Shown here piece after piece: positions 40,134 through 51,778 of a stretch of 64,000 nucleotides of DNA. A model generated the notes under the pieces. It saw only the letters and a list, made by a program, of their open reading frames with translations, ran no database searches and was not told the origin of the DNA. The translations under genes were made by a program, and so were the position numbers. The stretch comes from Carcharhinus amblyrhynchos (Eukaryota), in the NCBI GenBank assembly GCA_965287045.1, contig OZ336884.1, positions 52,204,001 to 52,268,000 of the forward strand, given 5' to 3'. Each line of letters starts with the position of its first letter. The first letter of the stretch is position 1.

Positions 40134-41034
40134 ACATTTCTATGCTTACTATGAATAGGAGACTGGAGGGGGGAGGTTAAATTGAAAAATTTGGGAAATT
40201 TACCTCCTGTCAACTTTCAGCTTTAACAGATGCTGGCAACTAAACCTTATTTTCAGTGGTGGGACAATAAGTTAAATGGTTTAATTATCCAAGTATAGTA
40301 CTGTCAAGGACAGAGAGGGACAAGAGTAGACTCAAAAAAGTTTTCTACAGCAGTATGTTTCAATGAGTAATGAAGCATTCCTAGACTTGGTTCATGGAAA
40401 TCAGATAGGCCAAGTGCATCAAGCTTCAATAGGACAATATTTATGGGACAACGATCATTGTATTGTAAGGTTTAGGTTGACTATGGAAAAGGATAAGAAT
40501 ACAGAATAAGGATAATTAACTCTGGGAAAGTCACCTTTGATGCTGTAAGAACTGATCTTGGTGGAATAAATTGGAGCCAAAGATTGGGAGGAAAAACAGC
40601 AGTTGAACAGTGGGCTACCTTCAAAGAAGAGATCATTCAGACACATTCAATGTATGCTCCTTTGAAAGGGGAAGGACAAATAAAGCCAGAATATTCTGGA
40701 TGACAAAAGAATTAGAAATTACGATCCGGAAGAAAAAAGTGTGCTTATGACAGCAATCAGGTAGAAAATGCAACTGTGAAGATAGAGACTTCAGAGGGAA
40801 GGTGAAACAGCAAAATGGGAAGCATAGAGGGAGTCTGAAAAGAGACAGGCAGCCAATATAAAAGGGAGTCCCAAAGGCTTCTATTGGCATACAAATAGTG
40901 AAAGGGTGGTAAAAGGAGTAGGACTGCTTGATCAGACATCAAAAAGGGGCTTTTCACGTAGGTGGAGGGAGCATAGCTTATGTGTTAAGTTAATACACTG
41001 GATTTGTCTTTAGAAGGATGCTGCCCAGGCCATT

Positions 41035-41655
41035 GGCCAGGAACTAAACTGAACTAGCCATATAAATACTGTGACTATGACAGCAGCTCTGAGGCTAGGA
41101 ATCCTGCAGTGAACAGTACACCTCCTGACTTCCCAAAGCCTGTCCATCACCTACAAGGCACAAGTCAGGATTGTGATGGAATACTCTCCAATTTGATTTG
41201 TTTTGATTTATTATTGTCACGTGTATTGGTATATAGTGAAAAGTATTTTTTCTTGCACTTCCAACCATCATTCATTCCTTCCGCCACTGACACACGGTGT
41301 GCACCATCTACAAGATGCGCTGCAAGAACTCACCAATGCTCCTTTGACAGCACATTCCAAATCCATGACCACGACACCTAGAAGGCTAAGGGTGACAAAT
41401 GGGAACACCACCATCTGAAAGTTTCCATCCAAGGCATTCACCATCTTGACTTGGAATTATATCACCATTCTTTCATCGCCATTAGGTTAAAATCCTGGAA
41501 CGCCCTCCCAAACAGTACTGTTGGTGTTCCCACATCACATGTGCTGCAGTGATTCAAAAACGCAGCTCACCACCAACTTTTCAAGGACAATTGAGGTTTG
41601 GCAATAAATGCCAGTCTAGCCAATGGCGCCCAAATCCCATGAGTGAATATAAAAG
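41035..41655 (+). mobile_element. LINE 3' fragment (same family as 6710-7470)
   Basis: ctacaaggcacaagtcaggattgtgatggaatactctcca ... ggcaataaatgccagtctagccaatggcgcccaaatcccatgagtgaatataaaa. Confidence 0.8.
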
Positions 41656-42370
41656 ATTCCAGAGGACTTGATAATTGTAAATGTTGCAGCCTTGTTCAAA
41701 AAAATAGGGTGTAAAGATAAACGCAACAACTGCAGGCCACTTTAATTTTGATGGCTGAGAAACTTCTCGAAAATAATATTTCAGGACAAAATTAATAGAC
41801 ACATGAACAAATGTGTGTTAATTAAGGAAAGCCAGCATGTAAAATTCTGTTTAACTCAGTTTTCCTTGCAGAGGTAACAGAGAGGATTGATGACAGTTAC
41901 ACTGTTGATGTAGTGTACATGGACTACAGTATTTGATACAGTACCATACGGATTTGTGAGCAAAGCTATAGTTCATGGAATAAAAGAGACAATAGCAACA
42001 TGGATTCAAAATTGGCTGAGTGACAGGATAAAGACTATTGTGGTTAACAGACATTTCTCAGGCTTGAGGAAGGTTTGCAGTGGAAGCTGCTAGGGGCTGG
42101 GTCTGTTATTTTTCCTGATATCCATTAATGACATTGACCTTAGTGTACATGGCACAAATTTGTGGATGATACAAAAGCTGAAAGCATTGTAAACTAAGAG
42201 AATTGTGTATAACCTCAAAAGGACCATAGACAGTTGGTGGAATAGGCAGATAGGTGGCAGATGATGTTCAATGCAGTGAAGTGGTTAATTTTGGTAGGAA
42301 AACATAGAGAGACAATGTATAAGCAGTACAACTCTGAAGAGGGTATAGGAACAAAGGTGTATAATTGCAT

Positions 42371-43043
42371 AGGGGGATTGAATATAAAAGTAGGGAGGTC
42401 TTGCTGCAGAGGGGGATTGAATATAAAAGTAGGGAGGTCTTGCTGCAGCTGTATAGGGCATTGGTGAGGCCGCAGCTGGAGTACTGTGTGCAGTTTTGGG
42501 CGCCGCACCTGCGCAAGGATATTTTGGCCTTGGAGGGAGTGCAGAGGAGGTTTACTAGGCTGATACCGGAGTTGAGGGGGTTGAGCTATGAGGAGAGGCT
42601 GAATAAACTAGGCTTGTACTCGTTAGAGTTTAGAAGAATGAGGGGAGATCTCATTGAGACGTATAAGATGATGAATGGGATGGATAGGATAGAGGTGGAA
42701 AGACTCTTCCCGCTCAAAAAAGACAGTAGGACTAGGGGGCACAGCCTCAAGATAAAGGGGGGGCGGTTCAGAACGGAGTTGAGGAGGAACTTCTTCACTC
42801 AAAGGGTGGTGAATCTCTGGAATTCTCTGCCCGTTGAAGTGGTGGAGGCTGCCTCGCTAAATATTTTTAAGAAGCGGGTTGATGGGTTTTTGATAAGAGA
42901 GGGGATTAAGGGTTATGGGGAGAGGGCGGGAAAGTGGAACTGAGCCACGACAGATCAGCCATGATCTTACTGAATGGCGGGGCAGGCTCGAAGGGCCAGA
43001 TGGCCTACTCCTGCTCCTATTTCTTATGTTCTTATGTTCTTAT
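42371..43043 (+). mobile_element. Young 5'-truncated CR1 with a 39-bp 5' tandem duplication
   Basis: ORF 42365-42943; near-identical to 38173-38797; tail (ttcttatg)n. Confidence 0.95.
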
Positions 43044-44722
43044 AACTAATTGAAAATGGCAGGACAGTTTGACAGATGGTTAATAAAGCATACAGTATGC
43101 TAGACTTTATTGATTGGGGCACAGATTACAAGAACAAGGCTTTGCACCCCACCCCCAGCTGGTTTTAGGAATGCAGAGTGCAAAATAGAAGGAATAGGCT
43201 CTTGGCTGGGTTCCTGCCTGCTCCAAGCACTCAGCAATTTTAGACTAGGACAGACAAGACCTGCCCTTGTCCCAAATGAGGCCCTTAAATGACAAGTTAT
43301 CGGCCACTTAAAGGCTGTTGCATCTCTGCCTCAATTTGAGGCTGATGGGAGAATTTCTCAGAGAAGTTCCCACGCCTTAAGGTCCGATGTTCATTCGACT
43401 TTAACCCATAATGTCCCAACCTCTCCCCTGACACTCCAGTCATCCACTAACCCCACTCCACAATGTCTTCACTATCTTCCCTGTCCTGAGACCCCAAAAA
43501 ACTTACTTTTCTGTCCAGTCCTGGGACTGAGGCTGCAACGTCTTTAGCAGGCTCCCCTTCTGTCTACTGCAGCTCCTGTTGCTGCATGGACAAGAGAGCT
43601 GCCACCAATCTAAATGGCTGGCAGCTCTCCAAGGTGGGACTTCCATCCAAATAGCTGTGGGTCAGACAGATTCAGTGGCAGGATAGAGACCTCACCATCT
43701 GAACAATCCTGGCCATGATCTCTTCCTCCTTTCATTTAGCAACCGAACAAATAACAAATATTGCACTTTGGCCATTTTTAATATGTACACTTGAGGAAAC
43801 TTAGTCTCAGTGATGCATGGGCAATGCTCCTTGGGCACTGCCACTTTGCCCCTTGGGCAGTGCCAGGGACCAGGCTGACAATGTCAGACTAGCAATGCCC
43901 AGGGGGCACCCTGTCCTTAGCCCTGACCACCTGGGGGACCTCCATGGCCTCCCTTCACTCCAGTGGGTTTGACCAGCAGTTCTCCATTAGTGGGGAGCTG
44001 TTGTAAACCCCTCTGGAGTGAACCATTCTTGACATGGGGGTAAGGGGGCGTGGGGGGATTAACAGCCTGGAGACTTCAGTCCCGGGCCCACTAATGGTAT
44101 TAAAATTATGATCTTAAAATGTAAATCAGCTCTGTTCCAATTTACTGTGTGGAGCTGATGACACTGGAAATGCAGGCCCCAGAGACATGCAGATGTCATA
44201 GCATCCAAGAGGGAGCCCGCTAAATGGTCTCCGCTGATGTCTCCTGGCTAGCTGTGTTGCTAGAACAGCACAATGAGCTGGGAGAATTGCCCTCCTATTT
44301 TTCTGCTCCATTCAGTTCAGTTGCACACTAAAAGATGCTTTAAGCCATCAAAAAGTCCTCATTATTTTAAAACTTCTCGCCTATCCTGTAAACAGATTGG
44401 CTTCTTCCTCCTCCCCATTTCTATATTAGGCATTGGGGTCTGTCTTAGCAACTGGTGTTCATTCTGGGCTTGTATTTGGTTACTATATATTTTCTATATG
44501 ATGCATATTTCACATTAATTAACTCATGATAATTAACTCATGGCGTTGGGTGTGTTTTTATTTGCAGAATGTACTTCTAAATTAATTAACTTTTAGAGAG
44601 TAATTCTGGGTCTCATAAATAATCCAAAGGCTGGGGCTCGCTCAATTAGAAATAGAATTAATTTCTTAATCTGGTGAATTTTGATTGAACGGCCAATTGC
44701 ATTAGTTCAGAATGAGTGCGCA

Positions 44723-44842
44723 TTACTGGAATTTTACCCCCCCTCCCGTGCCTGAGGCTTGTAAGATCCCGTCAGGGCCAAAGGAGAATGCCATTCTGCG
44801 AGCCTCGCTCACCTTGGAATCATGCTGGTAAAATTCTGGCCC
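44723..44842. mobile_element. Short MITE (~120 bp)
   Basis: Terminal inverted repeats ctggaattttacc / ggtaaaattctgg. Confidence 0.55.
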
Positions 44843-46179
44843 ATGTGTCTGAAAGTCATAAGTTTGAACATTCTAATTCCTTTTGCTCATTTTTGGAAGC
44901 AAAGACACAATGCATTTCTTTTAATGAACATACATTGGAGAGTGTCAGCTTTACATTCTATAGAATAGGAAATATCTTGCTTGTTTTGGATGGTATATTT
45001 AGTATGCTGAGGAATGTCAATATCAGGATTCCCAACATCTTTCCATTAGATTATTTTTTCTAATGTTTAATAACACTATGGCTTTGCACTGAAGAAAAGT
45101 CTCACAACAGCCAATTCAGCATAGTTTTCTGAATGAACATTTATGACATGTTAGTTAAGATGATCAAGAACAATATGCTGAACAATATCAATGGTGAGTG
45201 TTCACTCCTTCATTCAGCTGAGGTAGATCTTGAGGTCTGCCTCTTCTACTTGCCCTACTGTGAGTTCATAGCATTGTTGAAACACCACTGGAGATTGAGA
45301 TGTGTGGAGAGTCATGATTGGCAACCAAATACACTACATGGATGAGAAAGCAAACAAGTTTGAGTGATGTGCTCCCTAGTCTGCAGGTGATAGAAACTTG
45401 GGCATTATTTTACCATTTCTTGCCTGATTATCTTTGCAGATTCCGTTAAAACAGGGCTCTTAGCTTTAATTCTCTCCACTTAGTTTTCCTTTTGTTCCCA
45501 GTTTCTCTGGCTTGCTTCTACAATATACAAGCTTTTAAAATCCAAACTTGGTGTCATCTAATTGTGGGTCTTAGGTTTTTTAATTAAAAGAATGACCGAT
45601 ATCTTTTGCTTTACTGTTGTCTTTTGATCTTTGAATGTTATGCAGTTTCCATACACACAATATAAATTGAACATTTTAAATTAGAAGTGGGGTGACAGAA
45701 ACATTTTGTGTGAAGGACAAGATTAAGGTCTTTGGGCATAATTGCCAAAAAATAGAGGTGCAAATGCTGTGAAGACATTTTAATGTTACTCCACAACCAT
45801 GCCATAGACATATTAAACAATATCCTGCGATCAACAATCATCTTGATAATGATAATTCATAATGTGTGCACTGGTGCCTAAACTATTACCATGGCGACAG
45901 AGCCCTCATAATTTGTGTTACCTACAAATTATCCAGTTAGTGTTCTGAGTGACCACCTTGTAGTGGTTTGACTCAAGTAATAGAGAATGCCTGAATTATG
46001 TGAATAGATACTAAGTAGTTGATCAGCTAAATTTTAAATAAAAGAGACAACAAAAAATAAACTGTGACCTTTCAAAACAGCATATGGCCAACTTTTTTTA
46101 AAAAATTAAGGATCAACAGATGTCACCCTAATTAGAATTATTCAACAAGTTATCAATTTGTTGTCTATCTGGTATTGAC

Positions 46180-46430
46180 AACATCAGAAGTAGGAACTCG
46201 AGTAAGCTATTTGGGCCATTACCCTGCTCCACTGTTCAATAAAATCATGGCTGTTACTATTATGGCCTAAGCTCCACTTTTCCTGCCTGCCCACATAACC
46301 CTTGGAGATTAAAAATCTGTCTAGCTCAGTCTTGAATATATTCCAGTGCAGTCTGGGGTTAGAATTTCAAAGAATAAGGACCCTACGAAAGAAGAAATAT
46401 CTCCCACCTCCTTCTTAAATAAGATACACA
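46180..46430 (-). mobile_element. CR1 3' end, degenerate
   Basis: cctgctccactgttcaataaaatcatggctg ... ccacataaccctt. Confidence 0.6.
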
Positions 46431-49400
46431 TTTGCAGATATTTTCCATCAGTCATCTGCAGTGTCTGGTCACCTGTTTGCTTGGCTGCTGGTACTTGGCA
46501 AGAACGCTGAATGCATCCAGTACTGCAGGGTTGCTATTCTGGCTAGCGATCGGAGGCTGGCAGTGATGCGCCAATCTCAGCTATGACAGATTGCTGCATG
46601 CACAGTGACCCACACAGCGCTACACTGCTCACATTCTTGGGGGCACTCTGCAGTGCAGAGTGTGGGAGATCATTTTGAAAATTCCAACAAAAAAAAACAG
46701 TGGAAGTTACCCCCATTTTTACACGAATTTGGCACTTAGAATGTTTTTGGGAGAATCCTGGCCAAGAGAATTGATCCTTTTATTTTGATCTAATTGATTT
46801 TAGTTGGAAGTAGATGGGTCAGATTCAACACTCCTGAGCAATGTTAGTGGGTGTGTTAAAGGTCAGACAAACTTTCTGCTCTTAATTACTATACAGATGT
46901 TAGAAAGTGAATGTGTGTTGCTGGTCTGTGAAAGAAGGACCACGTTTCACAAGTATTCCCCATTGTCCAATCACCTGCTGACACTCACCGTCTAGGCTCA
47001 TATGTAAAATAAATAGCCACTTAAGTGAGGCACTAGATGGCCTCTTACATTACAATTCAAAAATACTTCAGTGGCTGTAAAGCACTTTGGAACCTGAGGT
47101 TGTGAAAGCTACAATATAGAGGCGCATTTCTTTTTTCTCTCCCAGCTGGCCAATTAAACCAAAGTATACCAAACATTGATGCTTTTAGGAGAATAGCTAA
47201 GAAAACGGGAAACAAAAAGTGAAAAAAATACTGAATAAATCCAATGGACCAAACAGTGTGTAATGCAGAAACATTAAGTGAAAATGAGTTGAAGCAGGCA
47301 ATTAAATAGCTTATTTAAGTCCCAATTAAGTAAATTTAATTCAGCAATTGACTGAATCTGAACTGTTGATGCCAGGGCATTGAGGCAAAGAGGGAAATCA
47401 GAGATATACAAATCTTGGAAAGGCAGAATGCATGTGTTGCTACAGTCAGTTGATGGAAAGGCAAATTGCTCCTTCATTAATCACTAAGATACAGATCACT
47501 GTATGGCTGGCAGACACCTTATTGACTTAGGAGTGGCTGAGATAAAACAATGATTGGCAACCTGTGCAACTAAATTAACCATTTCAACGTTCCCCCCCAA
47601 AAAAAAACACAACTACTCTTACTTAGTTTATTCTTCTTCCACCCTATGCATGTTTTAGTTATTGTCCTTTCTCTTTTTAATGTCACATATCCAAATAAAA
47701 ACATGGCAATTCAGTCTCATTACACTGCTTGTGGGGACATCAACTGTGACAGCATGCAGTGGTTTCTTGCATTTTGTATATCTGTTACAACAATGTTAGT
47801 TTGTCTTGGATATTAGTATTCATTTTTTTCTTACAGCAGTCTTCTCATCACATTGTTCCGTGTTCCTTTTAGTGTGTTACCTGAACCAGGTATTTCCCTT
47901 CATCAACAGTTTAGTGCCTTATCAGTTTTACTGCAATCACAGCTTTAGTTTCTATTCAATATCTACTCTATCGCATAGCAGATCCAATTATGGTTAACTA
48001 GCTGCCGTAGTTTATTTATTTTTAGATTTAGTAGGTTGGCTGTGAAGGAATATTTTTCACTGGAGAAAAATTGAAGCACAACAACAACTTGCATTTATGT
48101 AGCATCTGCAGGATATACAGTATGACACTGTTATGCACAAAGGAAATGAAGTAAAGAGATAACAGTGTATGGGCCACAGCAACAGGTGCTTAACAAAGAG
48201 TTGACCACCACAATGCAATGAGACGGACGAGTGCCCCTCATAAAAATAAATGATTCCTGTGCATTGAATGTAAATCTCAATGTATAATAAAACTTTAATA
48301 ATCAGTGCTTAAGTTAATACTTTAATGCAACCGCATTTCCCTTTCTAACCTATAAGTTATATTACAAGGCAATAATCAGTAGATAAATTTTATATCCAGT
48401 GCAGTCCTCATGTTTCAAGGAGCCAGACTTTGCTGTAGGTGCAAAACAATCTTATTGCAACAGGAGGAAGAATTATGATCTCTTCAAGTGGAAATTTACA
48501 AGAATTGACTTCAAAAGTTTACAACTACCAGGATTTGCTTATTTAGATGATTTTTCCACCCCTGTTGGATGCCATTCCCCAAATCAAAGATCCGTGCCAG
48601 ATGGCTCTCCGCTCCGAATCCCATGTTGGATGGCACCCTGCCCTGAAGCCCGTACGAGATGGAATCCCTGGTCTATACCATCCAGAGTTTCAAACAGTCT
48701 AACTTCAATGTGCATGTCATCACACAAACAAGCAACAGTTATAATGTTGCTGTGTGGTTTGAATCCTAAACAGGAACCTTTCCATGGAAGAAGGTTAATA
48801 GTTGAGAAGTCATTTTCCTTGTGATAGATGCTGAAATCAAAACAGCCATATTTCAAGGAATTAAGGCAGAAATTCTCCAGTCTCTGGATCATTGGAGAGA
48901 TGCACATCAGGATTCTGGCGAAGTCCTGATATGTTGACGTTCATGGGAATTACACAAAGTTTTAACTTCCTTTGGGGAATTCCCCTTCTCTGCAGGACCC
49001 TGGATAAATGTCTCCAGCATGGGGCAGTTCTGATGTATTTGCCTGAATAATTACCCAGGAATAGTTAGATAATTTAAAACCTAGTCCTTAAAACCTTGAT
49101 AACTACAGAACTGACCCCCCGATCACTCAAATATTTCCCACATACCTCAAGATCAACATTACACTCTACACATCTGCCACCTCATCCATCTACCACCATT
49201 TGCCATCCTATCAACCACCTCACCTATCTGTCCTCTAACCGCTTACCTATCCATTTACTTCACCAACTCCAGTCACCTACCCACTTAATTCACCCACATT
49301 AATCACATGCCTTCCCACCTACCCATTCACTCATTTGCCCACTTATCTATTCACTAATATTCAAATTGGGCCTTTAAATTCACCATACAACAGTTAGTAA

Positions 49401-49610
49401 AATGGGTATGTTCTGTTTACCCTTGACTCTGTTGTGACCATGCTCTCTGAGGGATGCTATGCTTTGTATTTCTGGGAAAACCAGGCTCTAATAGTCCCAG
49501 AAGAAAGATGGAGCAATGATGATTTGGGGCTTGTTAGAGCAGAGTAACAATCTATTGCTCTTCCGGCAGAGATCTAGGCCAGAGTATTTATTCCTCAAAT
49601 AATACTGAGC

Positions 49611-49846
49611 CTTTTGACTAAGATCAAGTATTGTATTGACATGCTGCACTTAGCTGAAGTCATTAGGTTACATTTTAGCTTCATTTGAAGCAATTTTTAA
49701 AAGCTGCATCTCGGCCTTTTGGAATGATGCAAATGAGATCAAGCTTTGGAAGAGGTGCAATGCCTACTCCAATCAGCTTCGAGTGGGAATGTCTCAGCTT
49801 GTTGAGACAATGAATTGGCCTCAATTTGATTGAATTGGATTAAAAA
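49611..49846 (+). mobile_element. Retroposed short element with a U2 snRNA-derived 5' head (candidate SINEU-like SINE or U2 chimeric retrocopy)
   Basis: 49609-49636 matches U2 nt 12-39 at 25/28. A second U2 piece tctcggccttttgg (U2 7-20) lies at 49709-49722 and agatcaag (U2 24-31) at 49736-49743. A-rich tail; TSD aatactgagc at 49601-49610 and 49847-49856. Confidence 0.85.
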
Positions 49847-50669
49847 AATACTGAGCTCATCAGTTGTAGATCTGCTTTTTCAATTCAGAAGAAAACAGTT
49901 CCGAATTAGATCTTCGTATTCTATAACTATTAGTAAGTCACACGGCCAGACTCTTGACTAATTTGTATTTTTATTCCCAGGTCTGTTTTTACAGATGGTC
50001 ATTTACGTAACTTAATTTTCCAAACTCGGATGTTTTGATTCTGTTAAAATCTTGAGTGAAAAAGTAACTTGCAGTCTTGCATTTAAAGAAGTAATGCTGC
50101 AATAAAGATTCTTGCTGGCTTGCAAATGCTTTATAGGTTTCTGCAAATTGAAGAAGATTGCTGCTTCTGATCATGAAACCATCCTTGGAGTTTATTTTCC
50201 CAGCACTGACCTTTCGCATAACATCTCACACCTTCATTCTCTACATAACAAATTAGTCCTTGGCAGATTTACTCAGGCCTCCAAATGTGCAGCTTACCTA
50301 TCTGTCAAATGTCAATAGACTTGGGATCCAGTGTTCTTTCCTTATTTGCTCTCCAGTAAAGAAAGGTAAGGGAATGGTATTTAGTGGCAACGTTATCCTA
50401 GTTTGCTGGGCTTCCATGGCCTAATTTTATCTTTGCAGTGAGCTTCCACAGATCATAAGATGAAAGAGCCCTAGTAAAATATAACTGTTAGATAGAATTT
50501 TTATTGATCCTGGATTTTCTTTTCTAATAGAAACTGCCTGACTTCTACTCGTCTCTGAGTGATGTAACTTGAAACGAAGCAGCCAATGTAAGCAAAGGAC
50601 ATAACTGCATTGAAAGGCATCTATTGCATTAAAAGTAATAAAAAAACTTTCAATTATCTTACTCATTCC

Positions 50670-51067
50670 ATGGCCACAGGACACCCAAAGTGCTCTATGG
50701 CAATGAAGCAACTTCACTTACTTTGTAATGTAGAGAAAAGTGGTGGACAAATTTGTTATGTGATAAGTTTGTACAAATAGAAATTATATCAATGATCTGA
50801 TGGTCTGTTTTAATGATGGTGGTTGGCTGATAAATTCACTGCCATGACTCGAGTGTTGCTCTTCACACAGGGCCATAGGATCTTGTGCACACAGGGCCAT
50901 AGGATCTTGTGCATCCAGACAATTGGGCATACAGTTCTACATCTCATCTGAAAGAGGTTCATCTCTGATAATACAGCTTGATCTATTAGGTTATGTGCAC
51001 AAGTCTCTGAAGTAATGACTGAACCCAAGATCTTCTGACTCTGAAGTAGCAATGCTGTAGCTGAGCA
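50670..51067 (-). mobile_element. Deu-SINE (SacSINE1-like)
   Basis: caggacacccaaagtgctctatggcaatgaag ... tctcatctgaaag ... gaacccaagatcttctgactctga...ctgagc (antisense tRNA head). Confidence 0.7.
50864..50913. repeat. 24-bp perfect tandem duplication
   Basis: cacacagggccataggatcttgtg occurs twice (50864-50887, 50888-50911). Confidence 0.95.
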
Positions 51068-51229
51068 AAGGGGAAGTTCTTTTCCAGTTTGTGGTCTTAT
51101 TTGCAAGTAATAGTGTTGGAAGAGTCTGTTGATAATACATTATAGACCATTCACCATCATTTTTGGTTTTAAAAGCAGATTTAAATGAGGAAGCACAATG
51201 CTGGGAAGTATGCCTAACAGTGACAAAAC

Positions 51230-51490
51230 AAGAGGTCATCAATTTATGATAGTCAACAAAAAAACCAACAGGGAATTCAGAAGAGACATTTTTGCCAAAA
51301 GAGTGGTGAAAATGTGGAACTCGCTAACACAACGAGTAGTTGATAGATATATTTAAGGAGAAACTTTAAATGCACATGAGGGAAAAGGAAATAGACAGTT
51401 CCAATTATAGAAACAGAAGAGGAAAGATCGGAGGAGGCTGGAGAGGAGTATTAACACTGCCCTGGACTGAATGACCTATTTCTGTGTAAA
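51230..51490 (+). mobile_element. CR1 3' fragment, degenerate
   Basis: gagtggtgaaaatgtggaactcgcta ... ggactgaatgacctatttctgtg. Confidence 0.65.
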
Positions 51491-51778
51491 AATCTCCAGG
51501 GGAGTCAAGCTGAAGCAAATGCTTTGGAGATATTGCTTTTCCCACAGTGCTTACTGTTTTATTCATAAATCTCGAAATCCACCACAATGAAAAATATACC
51601 TGTGCAATTCTGTAGTTTTCCCACAACACAATGGAGGGAATATTGAGGGTAGCTGCAGCGTAAAACATGTCTCACTGTAAAGTCATAGGGGTACATAGCA
51701 CTGAAACAGGCCCTTTGGCCCACTTGTCCATGTCAACCAGGTTTCCTAAACCAAACTAGTCCTATTTGCCTGCATTTA

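Larger units (their letters stand above)
40400..43140 (+). mobile_element. Old fragmented CR1 hosting two nested insertions (41035-41655 and 42371-43043)
   Basis: Degenerate ORF2 pieces (ggataattaactctgggaaagtcacc, ttgtaaatgttgcagccttgttcaaa, tggattcaaaattggctgagtgacagg) continue on both sides of the insertions. Confidence 0.75.

Noticed and set aside
48399-48907. 141-aa and 107-aa overlapping ORFs
   Set aside because: No recognisable motif; probably inside a decayed DNA element.
49609-49743. Functional U2 snRNA gene
   Set aside because: Only 5' fragments match, the branch-recognition sequence is mutated, the U2 3' domain is absent, and a TSD with an A tail indicates retroposition.
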